Below are positions 27,341 to 38,694 of a stretch of DNA of 64,000 nucleotides, piece after piece (the stretch's first letter is position 1; every line of letters begins with the position of its first letter). A program made the translations under genes and the position numbers. Location of the stretch: contig NIVC01000689.1 of the NCBI GenBank assembly GCA_002269645.1, positions 124,001-188,000 of the forward strand, written 5' to 3'. This DNA comes from Macrostomum lignano. Its lineage: Eukaryota. The notes beneath the pieces were generated by a model. The model had not been told where the DNA came from. It ran no database searches and worked only from the letters and a program-made list of their open reading frames with translations.

Positions 27341-30300
27341 CTGTAAAGAGTGAATCTCTATGGCCAAACCAGTATTCTCTTCCACAGATGGAATGCCTTG
27401 AGAGGGGAAATGAGAGAAACCTGCATCTTCAATGCACTAATTCATGCTCAAACCACTCAATGCCCTTCTGCAGTCTAAGGCACCTCGGCTCAGTCGATGT
27501 TAAAAATGACACAATTTCGGCCAGACTGTCAGCTTTTCCGCGGCTACAAGCCTTCTGATTGGCGGCTGAGCCTTTCTCCGACTGGGTCAGCTTGAGCGGC
27601 GGAGGGCGACACGGTGACGGGTTTGATGAAGCCGAAGAGGAAGCTGCGCTGTGCCCGTTGCCAGCTTTGACTGCCGGGGAACTTTATTATTTTTTTCAGA
27701 GATTTTAGGAAAGCAAAAAGGAAATGGGAAGATTTTTAAATAGCAATTTGATTAAAAGCTCCAACCGTCTGAAATAGTTTCTTTGAGACAAAGACGCAGT
27801 CAACTAGTAATATACTTCAATAACAAAGACTACAATCACTAGCAGTGAAACAAAGACCACCATCACTAGCAGTGAAACAAAGACCACCATCACTAGCAGG
27901 GTAACAAAGACCACAATCTCTAGCAGTGAAACAAAACCACCATCAGTAGCAGTGTATTAAAGACCACTATCACTAGCAGTAAAACAAAGACCACCATTAG
28001 CAGTGAAACAAAGACCACCATCACTAGCAGTGTATCAAAGACCACTATCACTAGCAGTGAAACAAAGACCACCATCACTAGCAGTGTAACAAAGACCACC
28101 ATCACTAGCACTGAAACAAAGACCACCATTAGCAGTGAAACAAAGACCACCATCACTAGCAGTGTATCAAAGACCACTATCACTAGCAGTGAAACAAAGA
28201 CCACCATCACTAGCAGTGAAACAAAGAGTGAAACGCAGAACTGCACGAACAAAGACTCACTCGTGCGCTTTGGCAAGAGCTCTGGCGACGCGTTCTAGTC
28301 GAACCGATCGTGGCGTAGTTGGCGGAGACTCGGCCAGCTGCTGCTGTTGCAGATGCTGATGATGAGGCACAGTGGACGCCGAGCGGCCCTTGACATGAGA
28401 GAGAATGTTTCAAGCATGCAGTGCTCAGTGAAATTATAGAGTTACATATAGATTCACAAAGTAAAACTAAAAAGGATCAAAGAACTACACAATAGAATAT
28501 TACAAAGCACAACACATTAAGGCTAAAAAAGATAATTTAGCGGTACATGTACACTGTGAACAGCTGCGTGAAGTTTCTGGGTGATGAAATTCAAGGACTA
28601 CAGACCGGGAAGCTGACATGTCAAGGCTCACGAGGGTATAAATGAGATTTCAAGGCTAAAGTCAGAAGCTACATGTAGTTTATTGAAAACTTTTTATTAC
28701 ATTATTTGATGCCTCCTCAGGGGAGGGATCGCTGATAAAAAAGCGTAATGTAAAAAATAAAAGAAGCTTCATGTCGAAGTTAAGAGATTCATTTGGGAAT
28801 CCCTACGATGTCGAGGCTTGCAGGGAATCGCTATAATGCTGTAGTAGTGCTATAATGACTCTTAGAGAGAATTACTGAAATTTCAATGCTTTAGGGTTAG
28901 GTTAGGGTTAGGGTTAGGGTTAGGCTAGGGTTAGGGTTAGGCTAGGGTTAGGGTTAGAAGGTTGACAGATATTTTTAGATTTCCAAGGCTTATTGGGGGC
29001 ATTGCTGAGATGTCAAGGGGGGAAGTTGATATGTTAAAGCTTGTGGGGGGGAATTACTGACATGTCAAGGCTTACAAGGTTTGACAGGAGATTTTTTAAG
29101 ACTTCAAGGATACATGTAGCTTATTAAAAAAACGTGTATTGCATTTCTTTGGCTCCCCAACGGGGGGGGGGGTAGATTGCTAGTTTTAGCTAAAAATTTG
29201 TAATTGCTTTTGATAGCAAGCTATACTACGTACATGTCCTGTGCCTAATAATAAAAAATCACAACTCAACTCATTCAGAGTTTTAAGAATCTTTTAATCA
29301 TATTTGGCTTACTGACATTGTAACAAAATTTGCAATGATTGTATACTCCTTGAACTCAGTGTTAAGCCTTCGTTGAAGTCGAATAAAATGCTTTAGTTAT
29401 ATCCTATTAGGCTAATATAGGCCATGTTTATGAAAAAAAGCCCAGTCAATATTGGCTCATTTTTCTGAATGCTTGAATTATTGTAGTTAAAAATCATTTT
29501 TTTGTTACGCAATCAATAAGATAAGAATGATAAGTTGTGCTGTTTTTTATTAATAGAATATCAATAGAGCTTCAGGAAAGGCAAGACATATCAAAAGATG
29601 AGCATTGGGTCTAACTGCTATCAAAAGAAATGACAATTTTTGTGCCGCAAAAAAAAGAAAATCTCTAGCCTGCGTATTTTTTTTCTGAAAAATTTGCCTC
29701 CTAAAATTTCCAAGAAACCTGAATCCTGAAGGTTCTGGATTATGAGATTTCGATCTCGGTAATTGAATACCCTCGATAATTTAAAGTAGCTGTAAACCGG
29801 TGGAGTAGAAAAAAAACTTGCTAATGCTACTATTAGTAACATATATACGGCGAAAGTGACAGTATCGAGAAGTCACAAGGTAAAAAATTGACGACAATAT
29901 TCAGCAGGTTATAATATAACTAAGAACTCTACTGGGAGGCGTTCCTGATCTCTGTACCTGCCAGTGGTTCAGAAACGGCGAATCCTCGTCTGCCGACAGA
30001 TGCGGCGTAGACGAGGACAGCCGGTGACGACGGCGAGGCCGCTGCCACCGATTCACGGTGCCGGATGGGAACAGGTGCTGCTGCTGCAGCAGCAGGGGAT
30101 GTGAAACAGTTCAATGATGAATAGCAGAAGATTTTCAATCCAATCATATATGCAACAGATAATCAGAAAGTGACCGCGTGTCTGCATGCGTATCAGCGAC
30201 ATGAGCAGGCTGACATTGCTGCAGGCACACACTCACACAGGAGTGTACAGCGGCCCTAACTTTATTTATCGTTAGGCATGTACACTTCACTGTGCCTTGG

Positions 30301-33300
30301 GGGTTGGCCCTCAAGGCCGTTAATTTGCACGAGCAGAGCCAAGCCGAGATTCCAATTTAGCCACAAATTAATGCGACTGCACTTGGAATCGAGCCTGGGT
30401 CGCTGACACATCAGAGCGCCGTGCTGGACCATTGGGCTACGGCCCCCCCCCACTTTGCCCCCAGCAAACCAAACAAAATAAATCAATAATATTAAAATCC
30501 TGCATCCAGCCTTACCGAGTAGCCAGCTGGGGTGCTCCGCCCGCTAGTAGGCGGACTGCTCGGCATCTGGTGGTGCTGCTGGTATCGCTGCTGATGATGC
30601 TGTTGTTGCCATGACGACGGAGCCGCAACTACATTAGTGGAACTGCCAACTCGAGATTGTAATTCTTCGGCTCTCTGCTCGGCGGTATCTTTCTCCTCTT
30701 GGATGAGGCGAATCTCATTGTTAATGGCGTCCAGCTGCTGTTGAATAACCAGGGCCAGCGACTGAGCCTCGGAGTGCTGCGGCGCCGGCGGCGGCGGTGG
30801 TGGCGGCGGCGGAGTCGGCCGAGAGGACCCCGGAGGCGCTGGAGGATGAACCGGATCGAATGCCTGCGTCAGTAGAGAGGGAGACAGGCATTCGTCGGGG
30901 TAATTAACATAGAAGAGCTGGCTTGTAGCACATATGCGACTTGGGAGAGCTTTAGAATTGTACAACAAATAGATAAAAAATAAGTAGAAGTGCGTGCCAA
31001 AATTCCAAAACACAGCAATGTCTGGCAGGCTAGGATTTGGAAAAAAACATAGAAATAAGAGGCAGATTTACATTTAATAAATTACTAAAATATAACAAGT
31101 TCCAGGCGGGTTAGTAATGCGCGTCTTCGGGAGAACATTCAAAAGTCCGTGCTCATATTCGCACCAGAAATCTACTAACTACTGGAAATCAACTGCTAGA
31201 TAGGGAATTCACACTGTTGGAAAGGGAAATCCGACTGTGGAAAGGGAAATCCCACTGTTGGAAAGGGAAATCCGACTGTGGAAAGGGAAATCCCACTGTT
31301 GTAAAGGGAAATCCCACTGTTGAAAGGGAAATCCCACTGTTGTAAATGAAAATCCCACTATTGGAAAGGGAAATCCCACTGTTGGAAAGGGAAATACCAC
31401 TGTTGGAAAGGGAAATCCCACTGTTGGAAAGGGAAATACCACTGTTGGAAAGGGAAATCCCACTGTTGTAAATAGAAAATCCCACTATTGGAAAGGGAAA
31501 TCCCACTATTGGAAAGGAAAATCCGACTGTTGTAAATGGAAATCCCACTGTTGGAAAGGGACATCCCATTGTTGGAAAGGGAAATCCGACTGTTGTAAAT
31601 GGAAATCCCACTATTGGAAAGGGACATCCCATTGTTGGAAAGGGAAATCCGACTGTTGGAAAGGGAAATCCGACTGTTGTAAATGGAAATCCCACTGTTG
31701 GAAAGGGACATCCCATTGTTGGAAAAGGAAATCCCATTTTTGGAAAGGGAAATCTCTCTTATTGGAAATAAAAATCCCTTTGATTTTTGTCAGTGTCCCA
31801 TTATCTCGCCAAATGCTTGTCAATAAATAAATACAATAGAAGGTCATTCAGACAACATTAACAATACAGGACAGACACTTCGGACACTTCCGGACAGTGC
31901 CGGACACACACCCAATCATCCTCGGCGGAATCCGAATAAACCAAATGATTAGCGTAATACATAGGGCAGGATTGGCTAACCCGGCCTGGATTGCCAAGGG
32001 AGTTGTAGCCGTTCATAATTACTGGCGGAGGCGGGGTTGGCTGCTGCGCACTGCCGCTGTAGGCTGTGACAGCGGCGGCGGCTGCAGCGAATTCCTGCTC
32101 CCGAGCCTTTGGCGAGTGGCAGAGCGTGTGGTCGATGCAATGGCAACAAGTTATTCTACATGCAATCGATAATTAAGATAATAATTCATTTACACAAGAC
32201 AAACTGCCTGGCTTATACAGTAAAATATTGTAATGCTGTTTCAGACTATTAATAATAAACAGACACTGTTTAGCACCTGTAAACAGACACTGTTTAGCAC
32301 TTGTAAACAGACACTGTTTAGCACTTGTAAACAGACACTGTTTAGCACTTGTAAACAGACACTGTTTAGCACTTGTAAACAGACACTGTTTAGCACTAAT
32401 AGACAGGCACTGTTTAGCACTAATAAACAGACACTATTTAGCACTACTAAACAGACACTGTTGCGCATCAATAAACAGACACTGTTGCGCATCAATAAAC
32501 AGACACTGTTTAGCACTAATAAACAGACACTGTTGCGCATCAATAAACAGACACTGTTGCGCATCAATAAACAGACACTGCTTAGCACTAATAAACAGAC
32601 ACTGCTTAGCACTAATAAACAGACACTGCTTAGCACTAATAAACAGACACTGTTTAGCACTAATAAACAGACACTGCTTAGCACTAATAAACAGACACTG
32701 TTTAGCACTAATAAACAGACACTGTTTAGCACTAATAAACAGACACTGCTTAGCACTAATAAACAGACACTGCTTAGCACTAATAAACAGACACTGCTTA
32801 GCACTAATAAACAGACACTGCTTAGCACTAATAAACAGACACTGCTTAGCACTAATAAACAGACACTGCTTAGCACTAATAAACAGACACTGCTTTACAC
32901 TAATAAACAGACACTGTTTCGCATCAGTAAACAGACACTGCTTTACACTAATAAACAGACAGTGCACAGTCGTTAATAAGCAAAATCCAGGCACCTGTTG
33001 CACAGTCTGCAGCACCCGCCGCTCCTCCTGTTCGCTGGCCAGCCTGTCGGCAAGATCGGCCGCCTCCTCAGCAGCTGCTGTGGCGGCGGCCTCGGCTTCG
33101 GCGGCGGCCTCGCGCAATTGCTGAGCCTCGGCGGCCAGGCGGGCATTCTCAGCGGCCAGGCGCTCCCGCTCGGCCTCGGCCGCTTCCAGTTCGCGCCTGG
33201 CCGCCTCCAGATCCGACACGATTCGGCCGCGCTCGTCAAGCGCCGACATTCGCTCCTCAAGATGCTGCTGCAGCCGGGCGTTGCTCTCAGTGAGCAGCTG

Positions 33301-36300
33301 ATCGACCGTGGCCGACAGCCGACCCTCGTGCTCTTCGTGCAGGCGTTCGCGTTCGCGAAAGCGCGCCAACTCGGCGCGAGCTTCGGCTAGCTCGGCGCGG
33401 GCTTCGATTAATTCGGCGGCGCCGTCCTCCTCGGTCTGCTCGCGGGCCAGACGAAGCCGGGCCTCAGCGGAGCGGAGGGCGCTGTCGCGGGCGGCCGCCT
33501 GCTCCTCCAGCCGGTCGCAGCGCTCCTGAGCCGTCTCGGCGTCTCGCCTGCCGAGGATCGGGGCAGGAGGAGGGAAACGCCTTGGTTTTTTTGTGTCCGT
33601 ATGCCTTAGCGGCTGTCTTTTAGTGCCTGTCTTTTTGCTTGTCTGTCGTAGTACCCGTCTGAGTGTCAGATTTAGTGTCTGTCTTAGTGCATGTCTTGGT
33701 GTTTGTCTTAGTGTCTGTCTTAGTGCATGTCTTGGTGTTTGTCTTAGTGTCTGTCTTAGTGCATGTCTTGGTGTTTGTCTTAGTGCCTGTCTTAGTGCAT
33801 GTCTTAGTGCATGTCTAAGTGTCCGCTTTAGTGTCTGTCTTAGTGCCTGTCTTAGTGTCTGTCTTAGTGCATGTCTTGGTGTTTGTCTTAGTGTCTGTCT
33901 TAGTGTCTGTCTTAGTGCATGTCTTAGTGTCCGATTTAGTGTCTGTCTTAGTGCCTGTCTTAGTGCCTGTCTTAGTGTCTGTCTTAGTGCATGTCTTGGT
34001 GTTTGTCTTAGTGTCTGTCTTAGTGCATGTCTTAGTTCCTGTATTAGTGTCTGTCTTAGTGCATGTCTTGGTGTCTGTCTTAGTGCCTGTCTTAGTGTCG
34101 TCTTAGTGTCTGACTCTGTCTTAGTGGCTGCCTGTCTTAGTGTCTGTATTAACTTCCTACTTTGCTGTTATAGGCATCGTATACCAAAATTATGTAGATG
34201 GTACACGAGCAACTGCTTTTATCGCCAAGCAATGCAAACTTCCTGCACTTCTGTTGGAAGAGAGGAGTGGCTAACATAGGCTTCAATTCAGTTTGTTGGA
34301 CTAGCAGTTACCCCACTTACCTGGCCGTCAGACACCGCTGCTCTTGATCAGCGGCTCGAGCTTCGGCCTCGCGTCGGGCCGCCTCCGATTCCGTTGCCTC
34401 GCGCTGCAGACGCTCCGCCCGCTGCACTGCCCGGGCCGCCTCGCCTTGGGCCACCTGCAGCGCCTCCTCGGCGTCGCGCAGCCGCCTGGCTGACTCGGCA
34501 GACGCTGCCGCCGCGGCCCCGGCAGCCGCAGCCGCCGCAGTCGATGCTGCAGTTTGCTGCTGCTGCTGATCCTGCGGCTGCCGTCGATTTGTCCCAGCGC
34601 CGGTGCCATCATCGCTGGCTGACGATAAGGAGCGGAGTCTGGCCAAATCCTCATTGGCTGCGGCGAGCTCAGTCTCCGCCCGCGTGGCCCGGTCTAGTGC
34701 TTGGCGCAGCTTCTCCTTCACCTGCGATGCAATGACGGGAGGCGGGTTCTGATCCTGATACTGTCAGTCCTGATTCTGATACTGTCAGTCCCGATCCTGA
34801 CACTGTCAGTCCCGATTCTGATACTGTCAGTCCCGATCCTGACACTGTCAGTCCCGATTCTGATACTGGCAGTCCCGATTCTGATACCGTCAGTCCCGAT
34901 CCTGACACTGTCAGTCCCGATTCTGATAACTGTCAGTCCCGATCCTGACACTGTCAGTACCGATATTCTGATACTGTCAGTCCCGATCCTGATACTGTTA
35001 GTCCCAATCCTGATACTGTCAGTCCCAATCCTCCTCTACTGACGTGACTCGTTGATTTCCCTGTATGCAAATTAGTGCAAAAGCGTAAAGTGAAAACACT
35101 AGGATTTTTTAGGCCCACCTTTTCGTCAAGCGCTTTGTGATGCTCAAACAAACTCTTGAGAGCTTTGAGCACCTCCACCTCCGAGCTGACGCCGGACGGC
35201 GAGGCGGCCTGCCGTTTGACAACGGTCATTCGAAGAGACCTCTCGTGCCTAGCAACCAGTGTCTCCAGGTGTTCCAGCAGCAGCCGGGTGTTGCTGCGCT
35301 CCGCTTTCAATTCGGCAACTTCGTCGTCCCGCTCTTGCAGCTGTTCGCGCAGCTGCGTCACCTCCTTGACCAGACTGACCGAGTCCTGGGCGGCGGATGA
35401 GGGCGAGGGGGGGGGGGTTGCATTGAGGATTTTCATCCCCAATTCATTCCGGTATCCAGCCGAGTCTATGAGATTCTGAGTTTAAACTTTCTGAATAACT
35501 ATCTAAGTTTGAAGCCCAAAGATGTAAATCAGAATTCCAAATATAGTAACCTGAATTCCTAATATAGAAAGCTGAAATCCCGAATATAGAAATCTGAATC
35601 CCAAATATAGAAAGCTGAAATCCCGAATATAGAAATCTGAATCCCAAATATAGAAACCTGAAATCCCGAATATAGAAATCTGAATCCCAAATATAGAAAG
35701 CTGAAATCCCGAATATAGAAATCTGAATCCCAAATATAGAAAGCTGAAATCCCGAATATAGAAATCTGAATCCCAAATATAGAAACCTGAATCCCAAATA
35801 TAGAAAAATCGGAATCCCAAATGTAGAAAACTTGAATCCCAAATCTATATAACTAAATCTCAATAAAGAAATTTAAATCCCAAATATACAAACCGTATCC
35901 AAAATATACAAATCTGTATCCCAAATATACAAATCTGTATCCCAAAAAAAGAAATATAAATCCCAAATATAGAAATCTGCAATCCGAAGTATAGAAATAT
36001 GAGCCGTAACATAAAATTTCGAATCTTAAATTCGAAATAAATTTTTAAACCAAATGAACTACCTGAATACAAATTCCCTTTAGTGATGGCTGTATAATCT
36101 CCTTAATTCCATTCTTAAATCTGAAGATAGGTCAAGGACAATCTTTCAACAGACTTCAAAGCGAAGTAAACGCAAAAGCGCTATAAAAACGAAGACACGG
36201 TCTGTCTCTCTTTTTCCTTACTTAAGCATGCAACAGATTTTAACTAACGGGCAAAAGCTATTCCCTGTCTTCTTAGCATACTTGCTAGCTTTTCTCGAGT

Positions 36301-38694
36301 GATTAATTAGTGCCATTTGTAGAATTAGTAAAAAGAAGCAGAAGCCTAATAGAAGATTGTGTGCGACAAAGAGAAAGATATGCTAGGATACAATACCCTT
36401 GATACTCTCTCTCTCTCTCTGAGAAATATACAAAAAGTACTATTTAACAAATTTAACATATTGCTAATCAATCAATTTGGAGCTGTCAAAGCAGAAAGCA
36501 ATGTACTGACAGACATATTTTGTCTTTGAACAGCAAAAAATGAAAAATAATAAGTAAAAATGTTACGATTTGGATTTTTTGTACTTTAGGCTCAATACCG
36601 GTTCCATTTCTTCCATTTCGGAACTGAATTAACATCTGAAATAGCTCGGCTATACGATTTGTATCTGCTTGCGTTTCTATGCTTCCATAATTCTGTCTAT
36701 GCGCTGAAGTAACAGTACTTCAGGTGTGCGAGGCTACAGTTTGGCTATGTATACAATCAACGCCGTTTTATAATTAATCATAGTCTATGGTAAAAAGTCC
36801 GAAACTGTATATAAAAGTCTGGATGCGAGCGAAGCAAGTCTTTGGACTTTTTAACCATAGACTATGATAAATTGAACCACTTTTATCGTAGAAGAATTTC
36901 CGTTACGATTTTACGTTAAAATTATACTGTTTGTTTGTGGCATGGGCTACTGCGATATAAATTTACCATAGAATAGAAAAGACGTGAGATCTGCAGACTG
37001 CATTGACTTCCGGGAGCCAAAATGGTCAAAAAGAAGAGGCGAAATGGCTTTCGGCTGATACACCTACGGAGTTTGCTTAGTTGCCGCCATCAGGCATCAA
37101 TGCTTTGCCAGGTAAAACCTTCCTCTGTGGATTTTTTGCTTTACTGTTCTCCTGTTCACTGGATCTCTGATTTTTTTAGTTCCCGTCTTCTCGAGTTGAT
37201 AAAAACATGTGTTCGTCTTTACTTTTAATCAGACAGCCCCCACACATTTCTTACTCACTAAAGCAGAGTTTCCAGTACCTTCCTTTCAATTCTCTGGTGA
37301 ATTTATATCGCAGAAATCCCTGTTCGTGGCTAGCTCTTAGTCCAGCTCGTCCCCAGCAGCATCGCGTGCATCAAAACTTGCATTTACCGCGCACGAGCTA
37401 TCAGAGCATCCCATTTATTCACTATGTATGAAGCAGAAACTTTTTGACTGTAATTAGACATAAGGCGGCGGAACACGGCATAGTTCCCAACACAAGGCGG
37501 GGAGACACCGCCATAGCTCTTACCTACTTATTGATTAGTTTATAAAGAATTTTAAAGGGACTTCATATATTCAGATATCAGGCAATCAAAAGCAAGATGT
37601 TAAGTATTTATATAAATATCAATAATAGTACACATTAGAAAACTGTGTTCGCGGATGCAGCAGCATCGATAGCCATAAGGCACAACCGGAATTATCTATA
37701 GACTAATTTTAGAATCAGATTTTAATATACACCGGCCCATTTATAGGTTGCTTGCTTCAACGCCAGCCAAGCCTTAAATGCTTCATCATGCAGTCTCAGC
37801 CTTATCTTGGGCACCCAGCCTCCAAATGCTTCATCATGCAGTCTCAGACTCACCTTAGGCACCCCAGCCTCCAAATGCTTCATCATGCGGTTTCAGACTC
37901 ACCTTAGGCACCCCAGCCTCCAAATGCTTTATCATTCAGTCTCAGACTCACCTTAGGCACCCCAGCCTCCTAATGCTTCATCATTCAGTCTCAGACTCAC
38001 CTTGGGCACCCCAGCCTCCAAATGCTTCATCATGCGGTCTCAGATTCATCTTGGGCACCCCAGCCTCCTAATGCTTCATCATACAGTCTCAGACTCACCT
38101 TGGACACCCCAGCCTCCAAATGCTTCATCATGCAGTCTCAGCCTTATCTTGGGCACCCAGCCTCTAAATGCTTCATCATGCAGTCTCAGACTCACCTTAG
38201 GCACCCCAGCCTCCAAATGCTTCATCATGCAGTCTCAGACTCACCTTAGGCACCCCAGCCTCCTAATGCTTTATCATGCAGTCTCAGACTCACCTTAGGC
38301 ACCCCAGCCTCCAAATGCTTCATCATGCAGTCTCAGACTCACCTTGGGCACCCCAGCCTCCTAATGCTTTATCATGCAGTCTCAGACTCACCTTAGGCAC
38401 CCCAGCCTCCAAATGCTTCATCATGCGGTTTCTGTCCATCCGGGCAGTCTCAGCCGAGCGCTTCTCCTCGGCCAAGCGGTCTTGCGACTCGCGCAGCGAT
38501 TCAACCAGCCTGTCCCGCTCATCAAGCAGGCTGACCATCAGCTGTTCGGCTGCCGCTGCGCCGCCTCCGTCGTAACCGCCGTTGTCGTCGACTCCGCCGA
38601 AATAGCTACTGCCGCCACCGTCCAGGTGCCAGCTGTCGCCGCCGCCGCGACCGCTAGCGCCATCCTCAGGTATGCTAGGCAATGCGTCGCACAT
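16080..38694 (-). CDS. PPFIA: Liprin-alpha (PPFIA/SYD-2), 12 coding exons: 38694-38392, 35385-35119, 34721-34321, 33547-32995, 32106-32023, 30863-30516, 30083-29958, 28388-28261, 25821-25505, 18765-18663, 17398-16845, 16375-16080
   Basis: Family motifs [78 protein letters not shown] and three SAM domains; all junctions are GT-AG and phase-compatible; 3480 nt total. Confidence 0.95.
16513..16716 (+). mobile_element. tRNA-derived CORE-type SINE, shortened copy
   Basis: A box TAGCCTAGGG, B box GGTTCGATTC, core GCATTGCTTCAGTTCACCCAGCTGTAAAATGG and TTA-rich tail; matches the copy at 41430-41750. Confidence 0.8.
16845..17398 (-). CDS. PPFIA: Liprin-alpha exon 11 (SAM1 and SAM2)
   Basis: [47 protein letters not shown]; [24 protein letters not shown]. 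Confidence 0.97.
17476..18595. mobile_element. Diverged foldback/hAT-like MITE rich in GAGTCG/CGACTC motifs
   Basis: ~17560-17705 is an imperfect inverted repeat of ~18410-18570; right end reads CAGGGGCTGTGG on the minus strand; no TSD found. Confidence 0.55.
18663..18765 (-). CDS. PPFIA: Liprin-alpha exon 10
   Basis: Acceptor cctacttgccag|AC, donor AA|GTGCGC; [19 protein letters not shown] joins in frame to EELLE. Confidence 0.85.
18898..25446 (+). repeat. 6.5-kb tandem array of a 28-bp unit (GCAACTGAGGATCTGGGAGGCTGGTCCA), ~230 copies, in liprin intron 9
   Basis: Direct reading; 28-aa periodicity in the ORF track; variant blocks recur. Confidence 0.98.
25505..25821 (-). CDS. PPFIA: Liprin-alpha exon 9
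   Basis: [16 protein letters not shown] corresponds to liprin KKKGIKSSIGRLFGKK; phases 2 and 1 fit the neighbouring exons. Confidence 0.85.
26088..26500 (+). repeat. GTCT/GTCC/GTCTTAGT microsatellite array followed by GAATCTCTATGGCCAAA
   Basis: Direct reading; the same flank follows the (TCTG)n run at 27268-27370. Confidence 0.8.
27830..28227 (+). repeat. 27-bp minisatellite (AGCAGTGAAACAAAGACCACCATCACT), ~14 copies
   Basis: Direct reading; liprin intron 8. Confidence 0.92.
28261..28388 (-). CDS. PPFIA: Liprin-alpha exon 8
   Basis: [34 protein letters not shown]; acceptor gtcaag|, donor GA|GTGAGT. Confidence 0.85.
28891..28957 (+). repeat. Interstitial telomeric (TTAGGG)n, ~11 units with CTAGGG variants
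   Basis: Direct reading. Confidence 0.92.
29958..30083 (-). CDS. PPFIA: Liprin-alpha exon 7
   Basis: Phase 0/0, open frame [24 protein letters not shown], donor CAG|GTACAG; low-conservation region. Confidence 0.65.
30516..30863 (-). CDS. PPFIA: Liprin-alpha exon 6 (LH2-type region); alternative start 30949
   Basis: [43 protein letters not shown]; [10 protein letters not shown]. Confidence 0.9.
31205..31755 (+). repeat. 21-bp minisatellite (GGAAAGGGAAATCCCACTGTT), ~26 copies
   Basis: Direct reading; liprin intron 5. Confidence 0.92.
32023..32106 (-). CDS. PPFIA: Liprin-alpha exon 5 (3' end 32023 or 31981)
   Basis: ccaaag|GCT gives [28 protein letters not shown]; two possible donors. Confidence 0.6.
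32250..32962 (+). repeat. 24-bp minisatellite (AAACAGACACTGTTTAGCACTAAT), ~29 copies
   Basis: Direct reading; 8-aa period in the ORFs; liprin intron 4. Confidence 0.95.
32995..33547 (-). CDS. PPFIA: Liprin-alpha exon 4 (coiled coil)
   Basis: [40 protein letters not shown] matches liprin [31 protein letters not shown]. Confidence 0.92.
33615..34147 (+). repeat. 12-bp minisatellite (GTCTTAGTGTCT and variants)
   Basis: Direct reading; liprin intron 3. Confidence 0.92.
34321..34721 (-). CDS. PPFIA: Liprin-alpha exon 3 (coiled coil)
   Basis: [12 protein letters not shown] continues DEKV; donor AG|GTAAGT. Confidence 0.92.
34748..35030 (+). repeat. 21-bp minisatellite (CTGATACTGTCAGTCCCGATY), ~13 copies
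   Basis: Direct reading; liprin intron 2. Confidence 0.9.
35119..35385 (-). CDS. PPFIA: Liprin-alpha exon 2 (LH1 region)
   Basis: [65 protein letters not shown]. Confidence 0.97.
35530..35995 (+). repeat. 21/22-bp minisatellite (AATCCCAAATATAGAAATCTG)
   Basis: Direct reading; liprin intron 1, 3' part. Confidence 0.88.
36778..36868. mobile_element. Small hairpin MITE-like element
   Basis: ATCATAGTCTATGGTAAAAAGTCC is inverted as GGACTTTTTAACCATAGACTATGAT. Confidence 0.5.
37770..38430 (-). repeat. 49-bp minisatellite made of the liprin exon-1 3' end plus its splice donor, ~13 copies
   Basis: Minus-strand unit GCATGATGAAGCATTTGGAGGCTGGGGTGCCTAAG|GTGAGTCTGAGACT. Confidence 0.95.
38392..38694 (-). 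CDS. PPFIA: Liprin-alpha exon 1
   Basis: [33 protein letters not shown]; donor AAG|GTGAGT. Confidence 0.92.

Noticed and set aside
31189-35863. Repetitive ORFs ([35 protein letters not shown])
   Set aside because: They are intronic minisatellite translations; only the flanking liprin exons are supported
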